Source of the DNA: Novakomyces olei
Lineage: Eukaryota
Length of the DNA stretch: 64,000 nt
NCBI GenBank assembly: GCA_016906335.1
Contig: JADEYG010000001.1
Coordinates: 310,001 to 374,000 of the forward strand
Reading direction: 5' to 3'
Shown here: piece by piece, positions 12,969 through 25,367 of the stretch
Numbering within the stretch: the first letter of the stretch is position 1
Layout of the letters: each line of letters opens with the position of its first letter
The notes under the pieces: model-generated
Seen by the model: only the letters and a program-made list of their open reading frames with translations
Told to the model about the DNA's origin: nothing
The model's database searches: none
Program-made: the position numbers and the translations under genes

Positions 12969-13638
12969 ATGGCCGACTACTGGAAGTCGACGCCGAAGTA
13001 TTATTGTACGCACTGCAAATGCGTATGTACATTAAGTCCAGCAACCGCTAATATTTCAGTATGTTACGGATACCAAATTTGGCCGCAGTGAACATGAAAA
13101 ATCAGATCGACACCAGTATCGTTTGAAGCGGTTTCTCAATGACCTTCATCGTCGTTCAGCTGCAGAAAAGAGACAAGAGCTCAACAGACAGGGTCCTAGT
13201 GCACCCGAAAAGCCATCGTCTCCATCACCTGAACCGGCCGCCAAATTAGTTATAACCAAGCGCAAAAAACCCGATACTCTGGACGAAAGTTATTACTTTG
13301 AGGATGCTATCAATCGAAATGCCGTTATAAATGATTCGCACAATCAAGATCTAGATGATCCGGCATTGCTGGCACTTTCAGACGAATGGAAAATTGTACA
13401 AAAGCCTAACAAAGAGGGAGCGGAAAAATATGAGGAGGAATTTAAGGCAGTTGAGCGTGCAGTTACACGAGATCGATTACAACCTGAGGACGAGGAAGGA
13501 CTGCGGGATTTCAAAATACAAGAGAGACAGATTCGGAGGGAGACTTCCGGGTCAGTCACTTCGAAAGCTGAAGGAGCAAGCGGCCTTTTCAAAAAGCGAA
13601 AGCCACGTGGCGAAAGGACCGCTCGATCAAAAACATGA
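12969..13638 (+). CDS. U1/matrin-type zinc-finger protein (WBP4/FBP21-like spliceosomal factor); intron ~13024-13059
   Basis: MADYWKSTPKYYCTHCKC / YVTDTKFGRSEHEKSDRH matches the WBP4-type N-terminal finger; basic C-terminus LFKKRK; GTATGT...CTAAT...CAG intron. Confidence 0.75.
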
Positions 13639-13875
13639 TTTCATGCATCTCTTTGATTCATGACTGGAGCGGGGTAGGTAGTATTTGTATATATAAATGT
13701 TTGCTGTGCAGTCTAGGATTGGTCCGCTGTTCAGATAACCAATTTAACAACGCTGATACATGGTGTATTTCCATGCCAAATGCAATCAATTATAAGGGGT
13801 AATCAGTCTTACCAAAAATTAAAAATTAAAAATAAATATATAAAAACCAAAAATAAAAAATTGCTAATTAACAAA

Positions 13876-14457
13876 TCAATCTATATCCATAATGCTCCCA
13901 TCTACACTCGAATTCTCTGACAGATCAACATCGCCAGACTGAGTCACCTGCTCAGCCTTTATGTATGATTGTGGATCCTTGAACAAAACAAGATCACGCA
14001 CTGGAGACGACGATGCCGGGTCTATCACGGACCGAGGCATTTTCATGATTCGCCTTTCTATGCTAGGCAGTAGCCTCATTTCACGCGATTTCTCTCTGCT
14101 ACCATCATTACCATAAATTTCATTAGTATCATTGTCATCATCTTCGTTCTCAGATTCGGAATCTTCCAACGTTTCCACAACGACAGTGTACGGGTCTTTC
14201 CAATACGAACTCGCTGCTGGACGCATAGAAAGATCGGCATTATCTGCCATATTGCAAGCCTTATCGGCCGCTTGCAATTCCTTAAACGATAGCCGCTCCA
14301 TCGGCTGGATTAAATGAACTATCCGCCTTTTTTGTGCAGACCGCGACGTGCCGGCATCGCCAGAGCTTTTGCGTTTTAGCCATGAATGTGCTTGTGAATT
14401 GCTGTTTCTATTGCTGCTATTGCTGCTATTGCTGCTATCGCTGCTGTTGCTATTCAT
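13876..14457 (-). CDS. Hypothetical protein (Ser/Asn-rich N-terminus, acidic middle, LVLF motif, ends MDID)
   Basis: 193-aa ATG-initiated ORF with coding-like composition between two genes; function not recognised. Confidence 0.6.
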   Translation of the reverse strand: MNSNSSDSSNSSNSSNRNSNSQAHSWLKRKSSGDAGTSRSAQKRRIVHLIQPMERLSFKELQAADKACNMADNADLSMRPAASSYWKDPYTVVVETLEDSESENEDDDNDTNEIYGNDGSREKSREMRLLPSIERRIMKMPRSVIDPASSSPVRDLVLFKDPQSYIKAEQVTQSGDVDLSENSSVDGSIMDID

Positions 14458-15235
14458 TACAACAAGGCTAAGCTGCTGTTCATTTCATAGTAGATTTGAC
14501 CCTTGTTACCCAAACTTTGTTTAAAATATGCGGCCGCGGGGATAGAAACACGTAGAATATATGACGGAAAGAGTCAGAGTAAAAACTGACGTCGAAAAAG
14601 CGATCGTAGGTGTGCAATTTGAAGACATTCAAGACATCCTCTAGAAAACCATTTGAATAATATTTGCCATTAATCAGGCAAATTAACAGTCGCAATTAGC
14701 TTTCGAAGTTCTTTGCGTGTTTAAAGGCCATAGCTCAATTAAATTATTATTTAATTGTACTCATACCTCAAACAGACGAGCACATAATATTAAAGACAAA
14801 AAAGCCAAACAAGCCTTTATAACAAGTCATGGTTTTGCGGACGGGCCCCATCTTCAAATTGTATTTATTATTAAACATAACTCTATATAGCCACCTAAAA
14901 TAGTTGTATCGTAGTTGCTTTATATTATTAGTAGCAAAGTCTAGAAGAATATGCTCACAGGTGTGGAAGATTGCGCATAAGCATACTTACACATAGTGAT
15001 AATAATCATAGTGATAATACACTTATCTAGCTTTAATGTCGAGAAAAAAAAGGAAAAAAGATCCTCCACAGAAACTTTAGACGTGCCTCGAATATTAAGT
15101 CTCCGGGCCTGCCCGTCTATATTAGGAGCACTTTTTGCTAGTGCCATAGAAAAACAAAACAGCACGGCTAGTCTCACTTGGAGGAGCAGGTGGGCCGGAA
15201 CCTTTGTGTACGACGCTCTGCGTAAAGTACGGAAA

Positions 15236-18211
15236 ATGTCAACGAAAAACGTTAACGGCGACGAAAATATCGCAAAAGTTTCTGTGTCAGCCGACACTAC
15301 GCCCACGTCCGTTCAGGCGCCAATTGAATGGCCGAGTAAAAAAGTCCGATCAACTTTTCTTGAATATTTCAAAGAACGCGGCCATAAGTTCGTACCGAGT
15401 TCAAGTGTCATTCCCTATGATGATCCAACACTGCTATTTGCTAATGCTGGAATGAACCAGTTCAAGCCACTCTTCCTTGGCACTGTGGACCCTAGCAGTG
15501 AAATGTCTCGGCTGCGAAGAGCCATGAATTCACAGAAATGTATTCGTGCAGGCGGTAAGCACAATGATCTGGAAGACGTGGGCAAAGACAGTTATCATCA
15601 TACAATGTTTGAGATGCTGGGAAACTGGTCGTTTGGTGATTATTTCAAGAAAGAAGCACTTGCATTTTCCTGGGATCTTTTGACACGGGTTTATGGATTG
15701 AACAAGGATGATTTGTACGTTACGTATTTCGGTGGTGATACTGCTACTGGACTCCCAGCCGATCTGGAAACAAAAGCGCTTTGGGCGGAATTGGGAGTAG
15801 CAGAGTCCCATATTATTCCGGGCAACATACATGATAACTTTTGGGAAATGGGAGATGTCGGTCCCTGCGGTCCTTGTTCCGAGATCCATTTTGATCGTAT
15901 TGGTGGCGGGAGGGACGCTTCGAGTTTAGTAAATATGGACGATCCAATGGTTATTGAAATATGGAACAACGTGTTCATCCAATTTAACCGTGAAAAGGAT
16001 GGAAGCCTTAAGCCTTTGCCAGCGAAGCACGTGGATACCGGAATGGGATTCGAACGGCTCGTTTCCATTCTGCAAAATAAGTACTCCAACTATGATACAG
16101 ATGTATTTACTCCCTTGTTCGCTCAAGTACAAAAATTGACAGGGGCACGTGCGTATACCGGTAAGTTTGGTGACGAGGACGTTGATGGGCTCGATACGGC
16201 TTACCGAGTTGTCGCGGATCATGTGCGCACGCTTTCTTTTGCTATTGCCGATGGAGGCGTCCCCAATAACGAGGGCCGGGGTTACGTATTGCGCAGGGTA
16301 CTGCGTCGAGGAGCTCGTTTTGTACGAAAAAAATTCGATTATGATATAGGCTCTTTCTTTTCTCAATTAGCGCCTACTCTGGTCGAAGAAATGGGCGATA
16401 TGTTTCCGGAGCTGGTTAAAGCGTTGCCGGATATAAAAGAAATCCTGGACGAGGAGGAGGCTTCTTTTGCACAGACACTTGATCGCGGAGAAAAAATGTT
16501 TGAACAATATGCACAGAAAGCTCTGGCCGATGGTGATAACAATAAAACTCTTAATGGACCCGATGTTTGGCGGCTGTATGAAACTTACGGTTTCCCCATT
16601 GATCTTACACAGATCATGGCGGACGAAAAAGGCCTTAAGATCGATTACGATGGCTTTTATAAGGCCCAGAAAGAGTCCAAGGATAAGAGCCGTGTGGCTC
16701 ATCAGCAGAGTAAGACAGGTACAGAAATGATCAGGCTAGATGCTTATGATCTCGACCGGTTGCGTAAGGAAATGCCGCATGTCCCACTGACCGATGACTC
16801 CGCAAAGTACCAGCTCGGAGTGATTATATCAGAGGTCAAGGCAGTATACAAAGACAGAGCTTTTCATTCCAGCACGAGTGGTTTTGCTTACGGTGAGCAG
16901 ATTGGTATCCTGCTTGATCGTACCAACTTCTATGCTGAACAAGGTGGTCAGGAAGCAGACCAAGGTCTTCTGATCATTGATGGGCAAACAGAATTTGAAG
17001 TGCAAGATGTGCAGCTTTATGGGGGTTATATTTTACATACTGGAGTCCTTTTGGAAGGTAACCTGTCAGTGGGCGACCGTGTTGTTTCTCAATACGAGGA
17101 ATTGCAGCGCCGATGGCCGATCAAAAACAATCATACAGGCACACACATTCTCAATTTTGCTCTAAGGCAAGTCCTAGGTGACGAAGTTCATCAACGAGGC
17201 TCACTTGTGGCTGCAGAAAAGCTACGCTTTGATTTCTCACATAAATCTGGAGTAACATCTCAGCAAATGGCCGAGATTGAGGCCATTTGTGAGGATCAGA
17301 TAAGGCAAAGTCTTAAAGTCTATTCCAAGGATTTGCCATTGTCTTTAGCCCACAATATCCCCGGCGTTCGTGCTGTTTTTGGTGAAACTTACCCGGATCC
17401 TGTGCGCGTAATTGCTGTGGGGGCTGATGTGAGTGCCATTGAGCAGGACTTGGAAAATCCTAAATGGCGCGGGTACAGTATAGAGTTTTGTGGAGGGACT
17501 CATGTCGCCAAAACCGGTGATATAAAGCGATTTGCCATTGTGGAAGAAACAGGAATTGCCAAGGGAATTCGTCGTATTGTCGCCTTTACCGGTGAGGATG
17601 CTCATCAAGCAGCTCTGCGAGCGCAACATTTACGACAAGAGATTGAGCATTTAGCGACAGTACCCGTGTCCCCAGCAAAAGAAGCAGCGGCTAAAAAGTT
17701 TAGTGTTGAGTTGCAGCAGGCTGTCATTTCTGTATTAGACAAGGCGCAGCTACAAACTGAATTTGCTCGAGTGCAAAAAGAGATTGCCGATATCGAAAAG
17801 GCGCGTAAAGCGGCCGAATTGAAATTGGCAACAGATACGATCAAGGAATACTTTGAAGAGCACCCGGATGCTAAGCATGTTTGCCTCATGATCCCAGGAA
17901 TTTCCGCTAATGCAAAGGCTCTTTCTTCAGCGGTAGCTTACTTGCGAACCCATCATCCTGGCGTTTGTGCTTACCTTTTCGCTGCTGATTCCGGAGTTGA
18001 TGATTGCAAAGTTGCTCATGTTAATATGGTTCCCAAGAACTTGACGGGTAAATTGAGCGCTCAAGACTGGGCTAAAGTAGCCACAGCTATTGTTGGAGGG
18101 AAGTGCGGAGGTAAACCGGACGGGTGCCAAGGTCAGGGTGTTGCTGTGGAAAAGACAGAGGAAGCTGTGCAGAAAGTAGAGGAGTTTCTCAGGGAAAAGA
18201 TTCATCTTTAA
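15236..18211 (+). CDS. ALA1: Alanyl-tRNA synthetase (cytosolic start at 15236; probable upstream non-AUG mitochondrial start at 15164)
   Basis: [42 protein letters not shown], editing motifs NHTGTH and IEFCGGTH, C-Ala GGKCGG. Confidence 0.96.
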   Translation: MSTKNVNGDENIAKVSVSADTTPTSVQAPIEWPSKKVRSTFLEYFKERGHKFVPSSSVIPYDDPTLLFANAGMNQFKPLFLGTVDPSSEMSRLRRAMNSQKCIRAGGKHNDLEDVGKDSYHHTMFEMLGNWSFGDYFKKEALAFSWDLLTRVYGLNKDDLYVTYFGGDTATGLPADLETKALWAELGVAESHIIPGNIHDNFWEMGDVGPCGPCSEIHFDRIGGGRDASSLVNMDDPMVIEIWNNVFIQFNREKDGSLKPLPAKHVDTGMGFERLVSILQNKYSNYDTDVFTPLFAQVQKLTGARAYTGKFGDEDVDGLDTAYRVVADHVRTLSFAIADGGVPNNEGRGYVLRRVLRRGARFVRKKFDYDIGSFFSQLAPTLVEEMGDMFPELVKALPDIKEILDEEEASFAQTLDRGEKMFEQYAQKALADGDNNKTLNGPDVWRLYETYGFPIDLTQIMADEKGLKIDYDGFYKAQKESKDKSRVAHQQSKTGTEMIRLDAYDLDRLRKEMPHVPLTDDSAKYQLGVIISEVKAVYKDRAFHSSTSGFAYGEQIGILLDRTNFYAEQGGQEADQGLLIIDGQTEFEVQDVQLYGGYILHTGVLLEGNLSVGDRVVSQYEELQRRWPIKNNHTGTHILNFALRQVLGDEVHQRGSLVAAEKLRFDFSHKSGVTSQQMAEIEAICEDQIRQSLKVYSKDLPLSLAHNIPGVRAVFGETYPDPVRVIAVGADVSAIEQDLENPKWRGYSIEFCGGTHVAKTGDIKRFAIVEETGIAKGIRRIVAFTGEDAHQAALRAQHLRQEIEHLATVPVSPAKEAAAKKFSVELQQAVISVLDKAQLQTEFARVQKEIADIEKARKAAELKLATDTIKEYFEEHPDAKHVCLMIPGISANAKALSSAVAYLRTHHPGVCAYLFAADSGVDDCKVAHVNMVPKNLTGKLSAQDWAKVATAIVGGKCGGKPDGCQGQGVAVEKTEEAVQKVEEFLREKIHL

Positions 18212-19558
18212 AGATGACATAGATTCGGCCTTTGATATTTCATGATATTTCAGATAAAACTGATATTTCAGATAAAATTTAAATTTCCTGTTCTTTTCCT
18301 AATAGGAAGTTTTTGCTATGAAATTGAAGAATGGAGAACAAGAAAATAGAGCAACAAGCAGAAGTTGATTAAAAATAAATAGCGATTTTGAAAAATTAAG
18401 AATCTATGAATCTAAAAATTTTAATTATATATTGAATAGAAATGTACTCGCTGATTCTAGTCAGGATGCCATTCTGACGGTAATGCTCTAGCGATATAAA
18501 CAAATTAGCAAGCAAATGACATCAACATCTATCAGGCAAATACAGACAATTCTTTAGCTTTGCAAAGTTCATTCCAGCTCATCATTTAGCAAATTCAAAA
18601 GGCATGAAAGCTTCTAATCCCAGTATTGATTGAATTCATAATGGCGTAAAGATATGGAGAATTTTGTTTTTATCTTCATAAAAGCGGCAGCCAAAAGTAG
18701 TACCAACTTCCAGAGCCGATAGAGAATAGGATTGCAGCTATGGTGATTAGAATATTATGGAAACGTAACTTCAAATAAAAGGCATAGATCTGACAAACTC
18801 TGACAAGACTAACCCAGTTACCATACTATAGAGTGCTCAAATTGAAAGACATAAATAAATCAAAATGAAAAGGAGAAAACGGAGTTAAGATATGGATAAT
18901 AAGGCGACAAGAAAATTTGCCATGCCAAGGAAGATTCCGAACGAAGAATATAAAGCAGAATTGAGAAGGGAACTTTGATTTTAGTAAAAATAAGAAATAG
19001 AATAATATGGAACTTTCTATGAACCGAACCGTAATGCTAGAATAAGGTAATTACTAATTAATCGGATGCTCTTAATTCTATCTGATTACCAATTGATAGG
19101 AGACTCTTGATCCAACATCTTGGTAGTTATAATAAATTGCTAAGTTTCCTTCGCGAAATTCCATTTTGGAGGTTCCAACGGTTCTCTAAATAGTGGTTCA
19201 TAGGATATTTCCATATGTTATATAGTGGAATATCACTCCCTGTTATATATAACCTTTGGATTTATTAAAATCTAATTTTAAATTATGGACAACGTTGTCC
19301 TTTTATAGACTTCAAGGCTCAGCTTGTATTTATGTAAATTGCCAAGAAATAGTATCAAGAGTATCCGATCAATTAGTAATCACCTTATCATTAATAGGAT
19401 ACAGATTTCCCGATCAGTGGTGTGATATAATGATTAAATGTACCTCCAAATCTGTGAAGGTTCGCACCTGACATGGTGTAAGTACAGTGCAACTTGCACA
19501 GAACTTGCACCGAGTAAATTGGTTTAGCTTACTTGTTGAGGCTTAGCCTCTTCCTGTT

Positions 19559-19730
19559 TGTGAGGAAGGGGAAAGGAAGAAAGAAAGGCAAAGCGAAACT
19601 TAAGCGTCTGAAGGTAATGGAAATTAGAAAACCAAATAGAATAGAAATAGAAGAAAACAAATAGACAAATAAATTAAATAGATTAACCCGTGGGGAGCTG
19701 GGCTCACCACGGCGCTATTTATGAGCTACA
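19559..19730 (-). mobile_element. Partial LTR, family F (3' part)
   Basis: Reverse complement of the 3' halves of 33143-33581 and 40150-40594 (CCGTGGTGAGCCCAGCTCCCCACGGG...CCTCACA). Confidence 0.75.
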
Positions 19731-20119
19731 TGTAATGAACCGCGAAGTTCCATTACAGAAGTTCCATTTTGGAACTTTTAACGGTTCTTTTCAAAGTTGT
19801 TCGTAGGATCTTTTCATAGATCCGTGCGGAGGCTGTACTTTCCACACGAAGTAGGACCAGGCCCGACTGGGCAATTCAGCCACTCCGTGGTTGGACTTCG
19901 CCAGCCTCCCAACAGTCACGCCAAAAGTTCTATGAATAGTTCCGTACCCGGGAAGAGATTTCTCTTCAGGGGTTAACTCACTCTCGCACTCTCACATTTA
20001 CACACATCCCTTCTTTTTGCCGCGGCTACCTCCGCTCTTCGTAGCAACAGGACCTGTAGGGGCAGAATAGGCTCCGCCGAAGGTTCTTCGAACTTTGACG
20101 CCTGTCAGTGCGTGTCACA
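19731..20119 (+). mobile_element. LTR, family H (diverged copy)
   Basis: Starts TGTAATGAACCGCGAAGTTC; reverse complement of the copies at 27890, 29882 and 38950; no matching TSD seen. Confidence 0.7.
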
Positions 20120-21049
20120 GGCGAACCTCGACGCCTGAGTACAACTGCTTACTGGTACGCCGCTTGTCGTAACGGCTAGCAGGAAAAGGAAAAGTAGGAC
20201 AGAGTAATAACACAACAGTTATATTCACTAGTTGGCTAAGCGTACGTAAAGTAGATACCAGAAGGCCCTACTTATACTTTCGCTTAGCGTTCTAAATTAC
20301 TAAGCAAAAACTATCTGGAATATTCTAAACTAAACTAAAGCCTGCACAAATCCCTACCGTGGGGTCTTTCATTATTGTCCATGTTTAATTCCTTGGTAGT
20401 AAGATTGATAAAGTCACTCCTGACTTTCGTTCACTCGGTTTGTTCACATTATTAACGCAGTTCTGCGGAGGGCTTTCAAAGCTGTTAGCGGTCGAAATTA
20501 CTCTCGCGCTCTGTATTAATAAAACTAATAAGTTAACTTAAGAACAAGGCTGCCTCAAGGGAGCCTAACGATAGATAGTAACCAGACAATGACAATAGTT
20601 GTAAAACACAGTAAAACAGTTGAAAGCCCTGTCCAGCAGGGCCAAGGCCAAGGGCGCCTTATATACTAACTAAAACAAAGAAAATTACCTATTTGTCATA
20701 TCAATATGACATAATTCCGTTTTCATCGGAGATAATCCGTTCGATTGCGGATTATTTCCAATTCCGGAATTTTAGTTAGCCACTTTGTGGCTTAGACAGT
20801 CTTTTCCGTAGTTGTTTCTATTTTTAGTTATAGTTAGTTAGTTCCAGCAAGGATAAAAGGAGGCCCGTTCGCACTTTTATCCGACGCTGATTATCGACCG
20901 TGTTGACCGTGTAAACCGTTTTAAGTACTATTACCTTCCATTTGGCTTCCCACCACAGTTGCCGTGAAAGCAACACAGCCGTACCCAAACCAAACAAAGA
21001 AAAACACAACAGTATAATCAGCCCACGTTGTGGTGCCGAGCCGTTCGTC

Positions 21050-22060
21050 ATGGAAGGTGTCGACATGAATCGTCTGAACCAATTTGTTGAGGAAACAACA
21101 GCGAAGTTACAGCTACTGGAGCATGAGAACATGATGCTGAAGGTCAAATTGGAAAACGATCAGGAGAGTCGACATGCGACGTTCAACCGGGAGCCCAAGT
21201 TAGCCCCGCCACCTTTGTTTTTTGGCGAGAGAGCTAAGGCTCGTGAATTTATCACCCAAGTGAAAATGATAACCGACGCACTACCCTCGAGATACGGATC
21301 GGACCGCCAGAAGGTCACGTTTGCAGCAACCTATTTGCGAGGAACCGCGTTCAGGTGGATTGAGCCTCACATCCTAGGGGAAAACGAAGGAATACTCAAC
21401 GATTTTGAGACGTTTTGTGATTCATTCCTACAGATGTTTGGTGATCGAGATATTAGAAAGCAGGCGCAGAAGCAAATTCGCAATCTGAAGCAGTCTGGAG
21501 CTGTTGCTCAGTACGCAGCCGAGTTTGACAGACTCAGAGCGAACTTTAGCTGGAACGAAGAAGCGTTGATTTCGCAGTACTACGAGGGCCTTAGCGACAG
21601 GCTTAAGGACGAATTGGCAAGAACGACAGAGCCTAGTACCTTGCGAGAGATGATCGAGATGACGATCAGTATTGATAATCGTCTATTTGAGAGACGTAAA
21701 GAGAGACAGAGAACAAGTTACGAACCGAGAACGTATTATGAGCCGAGATTTACGGGCAGAAGTAACCAGACGACTGCACCGATGGAAATTGATTTGGCGG
21801 TTGCCGGTGCCAGAGGAGCAGGCAGACCCGCAAGAGAGTACAAGACGAATGACAGAGAGCACAAGACGAATTACAGAGACGCGAGAGACGCGAGAGAAAG
21901 AGAGAGAAGTCACGACAACAGAAACGTACAGTGTTATAATTGCCAGAAGAAAGGGCATATTGCAAAAGAGTGCAAAGAAAAGAGAATTCCGTTTGTAAGC
22001 CGTCAAGCTGCAATGACGACGAACGAGTTGAGCGACGACTCGGGAAAAGATTTCGCCTAG
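21050..22060 (+). CDS. gag: Gag of element A (retrotransposon capsid + CCHC zinc knuckle)
   Basis: ATG 21050 just after the PBS; FAATYLRGTAFRW, QYYEGLSDRLKDEL, PMEID, CYNCQKKGHIAKEC; G GGA AAA slippery site at 22042-22048. Confidence 0.92.
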   Translation: MEGVDMNRLNQFVEETTAKLQLLEHENMMLKVKLENDQESRHATFNREPKLAPPPLFFGERAKAREFITQVKMITDALPSRYGSDRQKVTFAATYLRGTAFRWIEPHILGENEGILNDFETFCDSFLQMFGDRDIRKQAQKQIRNLKQSGAVAQYAAEFDRLRANFSWNEEALISQYYEGLSDRLKDELARTTEPSTLREMIEMTISIDNRLFERRKERQRTSYEPRTYYEPRFTGRSNQTTAPMEIDLAVAGARGAGRPAREYKTNDREHKTNYRDARDARERERSHDNRNVQCYNCQKKGHIAKECKEKRIPFVSRQAAMTTNELSDDSGKDFA

Positions 22061-22713
22061 AGAAAGAAGTGGTTTCTCTAGGACAAGCTGAATTAAAAGC
22101 CACTGAAAGACGACGAGATACTGGAGTGAGACATTTGGAGACGGACGTCCAAATAAATGGGCTTAGACGAAAAGCTTTAGTGGATTCAGGAGCGAACCTA
22201 AATTTCATACACCCGCGATTAATATTGAATTTGAATCTAAAGACAGAAAGACTTCAGAGACCAATTGTGATACAGGTTGTCGATGGCCGAAGCCTGGCAT
22301 CAGGACCCGTGGCGAGAACTACGAAGATTATGGACATGAAGATAGGAAATTGTGTTACACCTACGAGATTTTATGTGGCAGATATTGGCCAGAGAGACAT
22401 CATTTTGGGTATTCAATGGTTGCAAGAGAACAATCCCATTATTGATTGGAAGAATCGTACATTATCATTTGAAGTACAGAATACAGAGCAAGATTATGCA
22501 GACGCAACTTGCACGCAGACGAGCGGATTAAAGGCAAGTTTTGCGATGAAACACAAGTGCCGCAAGAGAGCGGATTTTTTCCCGAAAAACCGGAAAGCGA
22601 TAACGTTGGAAAAATCCCCCAAATTCCTACAGAATATGAAGACTATCGTGATGTATTCGATGAGAGACGAGCAGACGTATTGCCACCGCATCGAAGCTAT
22701 GATCATGAAATAA
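22042..22713 (+). CDS. Aspartic protease frame of element A (-1 relative to gag)
   Basis: ALVDSGANLNFI active site and DIILGIQWLQENNPIIDW; frame entered by a -1 shift at GGGAAAA. Confidence 0.88.
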   Translation, partial: GKRFRLEKEVVSLGQAELKATERRRDTGVRHLETDVQINGLRRKALVDSGANLNFIHPRLILNLNLKTERLQRPIVIQVVDGRSLASGPVARTTKIMDMKIGNCVTPTRFYVADIGQRDIILGIQWLQENNPIIDWKNRTLSFEVQNTEQDYADATCTQTSGLKASFAMKHKCRKRADFFPKNRKAITLEKSPKFLQNMKTIVMYSMRDEQTYCHRIEAMIMK

Positions 22714-25367
22714 TATTGGAAAAGGGATCGAAGGTACCTTTTGGACCTATCTACAACATATCTGCAGACGAGCAGAGAGAGTTGCTCAAGTATATTGAGG
22801 AAAACTTGTATAAGAAATTCATCAGAAAATCGAAGTCACCAGCAGGAGCACCCATATTGTTTGTGAAAAAGAAGGACGGGAGCTTACGACTCTGCGTGGA
22901 CTACAGAGCACTAAATGCGATTACAGTCAAGAATCGATATCCTATTCCGAGAATTGATGGACTCATCGATAAGTTAAGTGGAAGTCGTATATTTACTAAG
23001 ATCGATTTGAAAGGCGCTTACAATCTGATACGTATTCGAAATGGCGACGAGTGGAAAACCGCATTTCGTACAAGATACGGACATTTTGAATACAGAGTGA
23101 TGCCTTTTGGACTCACTAATGCGCCAGCAACTTTCCAAAACCTTATGAATGACGTATTCCGAGATATCCTGGATAGATATGTCTTAGTCTATCTGGATGA
23201 CATCCTCATTTACTCGAGAAATAAAGAGGAACATATACAGCATGCCAGAGAAGTGTTTAAGCGATTACGAGCAAGACAGCTGTTCGCAAAGGCAAGCAAA
23301 TGTGAATTTCACAAGACAAAAGTGGAATTTCTAGGATTTATTATATCGACAGAAGGAGTTTCGATGAGCTCGGACAAGACCAAGCCTATTAATGACTGGC
23401 CCACACCAAAGAACGTCAAGGACGTACAGTCGTTTCTTGGACTATGCAATTATTACAGAAGATTCATTCCTGGATTTTCAAAGATTGTGACACCAATAAC
23501 AAGTCTATTAAAGAAGGATAATACATTTAGCTGGGGAGCAGACCAAGAGAAGGCTTTTGAACAATTGAAAGACAGCTTTCGAAGAGACGTTACGTTAAAG
23601 CATTACGATCCAGAACTCGAGTGCATTGTCGAAACAGATGCCTCAGATTTCGCTATAGGAGCCGTACTGTTACAAGAACAAGGAGGCGAAAAGAGACCGA
23701 TTGCTTTTATAAGCAGAAAGCTTGAACCAGCCGAGATCAATTATGATATACACGATAAAGAGTTACTTGCGATTGTCTATGCATTCGGAATATGGAGACA
23801 CTATTTGCAAGGACATCCAAAGCCAATTATTGTATATACTGATCATCGGAACTTGCAGACGTTTACTACGACAAAGAAACTATCGAGGAGACAAGCACGT
23901 TGGTCGGAACTATTAGGAGAATATGAATTTAAGATTCGATACAGAAAAGGATCAGGAAACGCAGCAGCAGACGCGTTGAGCAGAAGAGTTGATTTTAATA
24001 ATGTTGACTTGAAGGAATACCAAATTGATAAGCCGTTGATCGATCCAGCAAGATTTGATCTAAGTATGACAACAGTCGAACATATAGATACGGACGAGAA
24101 GCTGGAAATATTGCGAGCATGCCATGATCACCCATTAGCAGGACATTTTGGACAACATCGAACGTTAGAACTAGTACAGCGTTTTAAGAAGTGGAAAAAT
24201 ATGTCGCAGGATGTTAGGGATTACGTAGCATCATGTGCGACGTGCTGGAGAAGCAAGAAATCGAGGAAGAAACCTGCAGGATTATTAAACCCGCTACAAG
24301 TACCGTCAAGACCATGGGAATCTGTTTCAATGGATTTTATCGTTAAACTTCCCGAATCCGAAGGTTTTGATTCAATACTAGTGGTTGTTGACAGATTTTC
24401 TAAAATGTGTCATTTAATCCCTTGCAAAGAATCATCCACAGCAACGGATGTAGCGAGACTATACATTGACAAGGTATTTAAACACCACGGACTACCAAAT
24501 GAAATCGTATCAGACAGAGATCCAAAGTTTTTGAGCAAATTTTGGCAAGGCATGTACCAGAACCTTGGAGTTAAGCTATTGCATTCGACGAGTCACCACC
24601 CACAAACAGATGGACAGACTGAGAGAACCAATCAAACACTCGAGCAATACTTAAGAGCCTATGTCAATTACAACCAAAACAATTGGAGCAAGCTATTGTC
24701 TTTTGCGGAATTCGCAATGAACAATGCAACAAACAGCAGTACAAGACTATCACCGTTTTACATTTGCAACGGTTATCATCCAAAGGGAATACAGATCACA
24801 ACTTCCCAGAGTGACAATCCAGCAGCAAATCAAACTACACGAGACTGGAACGAATTATTTGAACGAGTCAAAAGCAACATTCAATCTGCAAATAAAGTAT
24901 CAAAGCTACATTATGACAAAAAGAAAACAGCAGCAAATACATTTGTGCCTGGAGACAACGTGTGGATCCAGAGAAGACACATACACAGCGAGCGACCATC
25001 GGATAAACTAGATCATACAAGACTGGGACCTTTCAAAATTATTGAGGCTATAGGAAATAGCGCTTACAGGATTGAGCTTCCCCAACATATCAAAATACAC
25101 AACGTATTTAATGAAACTTTACTGGAAAAGTGTTTACCAGACCGATTTCAGAGAGACCCAACAGATGTACACGTTCCCGATGTTCTAGTGGACACGACTG
25201 AATACGAAGTCGATTACATTTGCAATCATACAGGCAGAGGCCGAAACCGCAAATATTTAGTGCATTGGAAAGGTTATGGAGTACAAGACCGTACATGGGA
25301 ACCTTTTGGAAACCTGACAAATGCAACAGAGGCAGTTAAAGCATACTGGAATAACCAAAAACATTGA
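22509..25367 (+). CDS. pol: Pol of element A: reverse transcriptase, RNase H, integrase, chromodomain
   Basis: [28 protein letters not shown] (HDHPLAGH...CATC), MDFI / SDRD / TDGQTERTN, GPF, EYEVDYI...YLVHWKGY...TWEP. Frame is -1 relative to the protease frame; start coordinate is nominal. Confidence 0.95.
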   Translation: MHADERIKGKFCDETQVPQESGFFPEKPESDNVGKIPQIPTEYEDYRDVFDERRADVLPPHRSYDHEIILEKGSKVPFGPIYNISADEQRELLKYIEENLYKKFIRKSKSPAGAPILFVKKKDGSLRLCVDYRALNAITVKNRYPIPRIDGLIDKLSGSRIFTKIDLKGAYNLIRIRNGDEWKTAFRTRYGHFEYRVMPFGLTNAPATFQNLMNDVFRDILDRYVLVYLDDILIYSRNKEEHIQHAREVFKRLRARQLFAKASKCEFHKTKVEFLGFIISTEGVSMSSDKTKPINDWPTPKNVKDVQSFLGLCNYYRRFIPGFSKIVTPITSLLKKDNTFSWGADQEKAFEQLKDSFRRDVTLKHYDPELECIVETDASDFAIGAVLLQEQGGEKRPIAFISRKLEPAEINYDIHDKELLAIVYAFGIWRHYLQGHPKPIIVYTDHRNLQTFTTTKKLSRRQARWSELLGEYEFKIRYRKGSGNAAADALSRRVDFNNVDLKEYQIDKPLIDPARFDLSMTTVEHIDTDEKLEILRACHDHPLAGHFGQHRTLELVQRFKKWKNMSQDVRDYVASCATCWRSKKSRKKPAGLLNPLQVPSRPWESVSMDFIVKLPESEGFDSILVVVDRFSKMCHLIPCKESSTATDVARLYIDKVFKHHGLPNEIVSDRDPKFLSKFWQGMYQNLGVKLLHSTSHHPQTDGQTERTNQTLEQYLRAYVNYNQNNWSKLLSFAEFAMNNATNSSTRLSPFYICNGYHPKGIQITTSQSDNPAANQTTRDWNELFERVKSNIQSANKVSKLHYDKKKTAANTFVPGDNVWIQRRHIHSERPSDKLDHTRLGPFKIIEAIGNSAYRIELPQHIKIHNVFNETLLEKCLPDRFQRDPTDVHVPDVLVDTTEYEVDYICNHTGRGRNRKYLVHWKGYGVQDRTWEPFGNLTNATEAVKAYWNNQKH

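Noticed and set aside
14996-15163. Full 80-aa N-terminal extension of AlaRS in the ORF track
   Set aside because: Begins at a GTG in AT-rich promoter-like DNA; only the last 24 codons look like a targeting peptide.
15530-18220. Several 90-150 aa antisense ORFs within ALA1 (and similar ones within POR1, gag and pol)
   Set aside because: Shadow ORFs of long coding sequences; no motifs or independent support, unlike the Zn2Cys6 ORFs that lie outside pol and are conserved between two elements.
21012-21035. tRNA primer-binding site
   Set aside because: No TGG directly after the LTR; the sequence is complementary to the element's own LTR instead.
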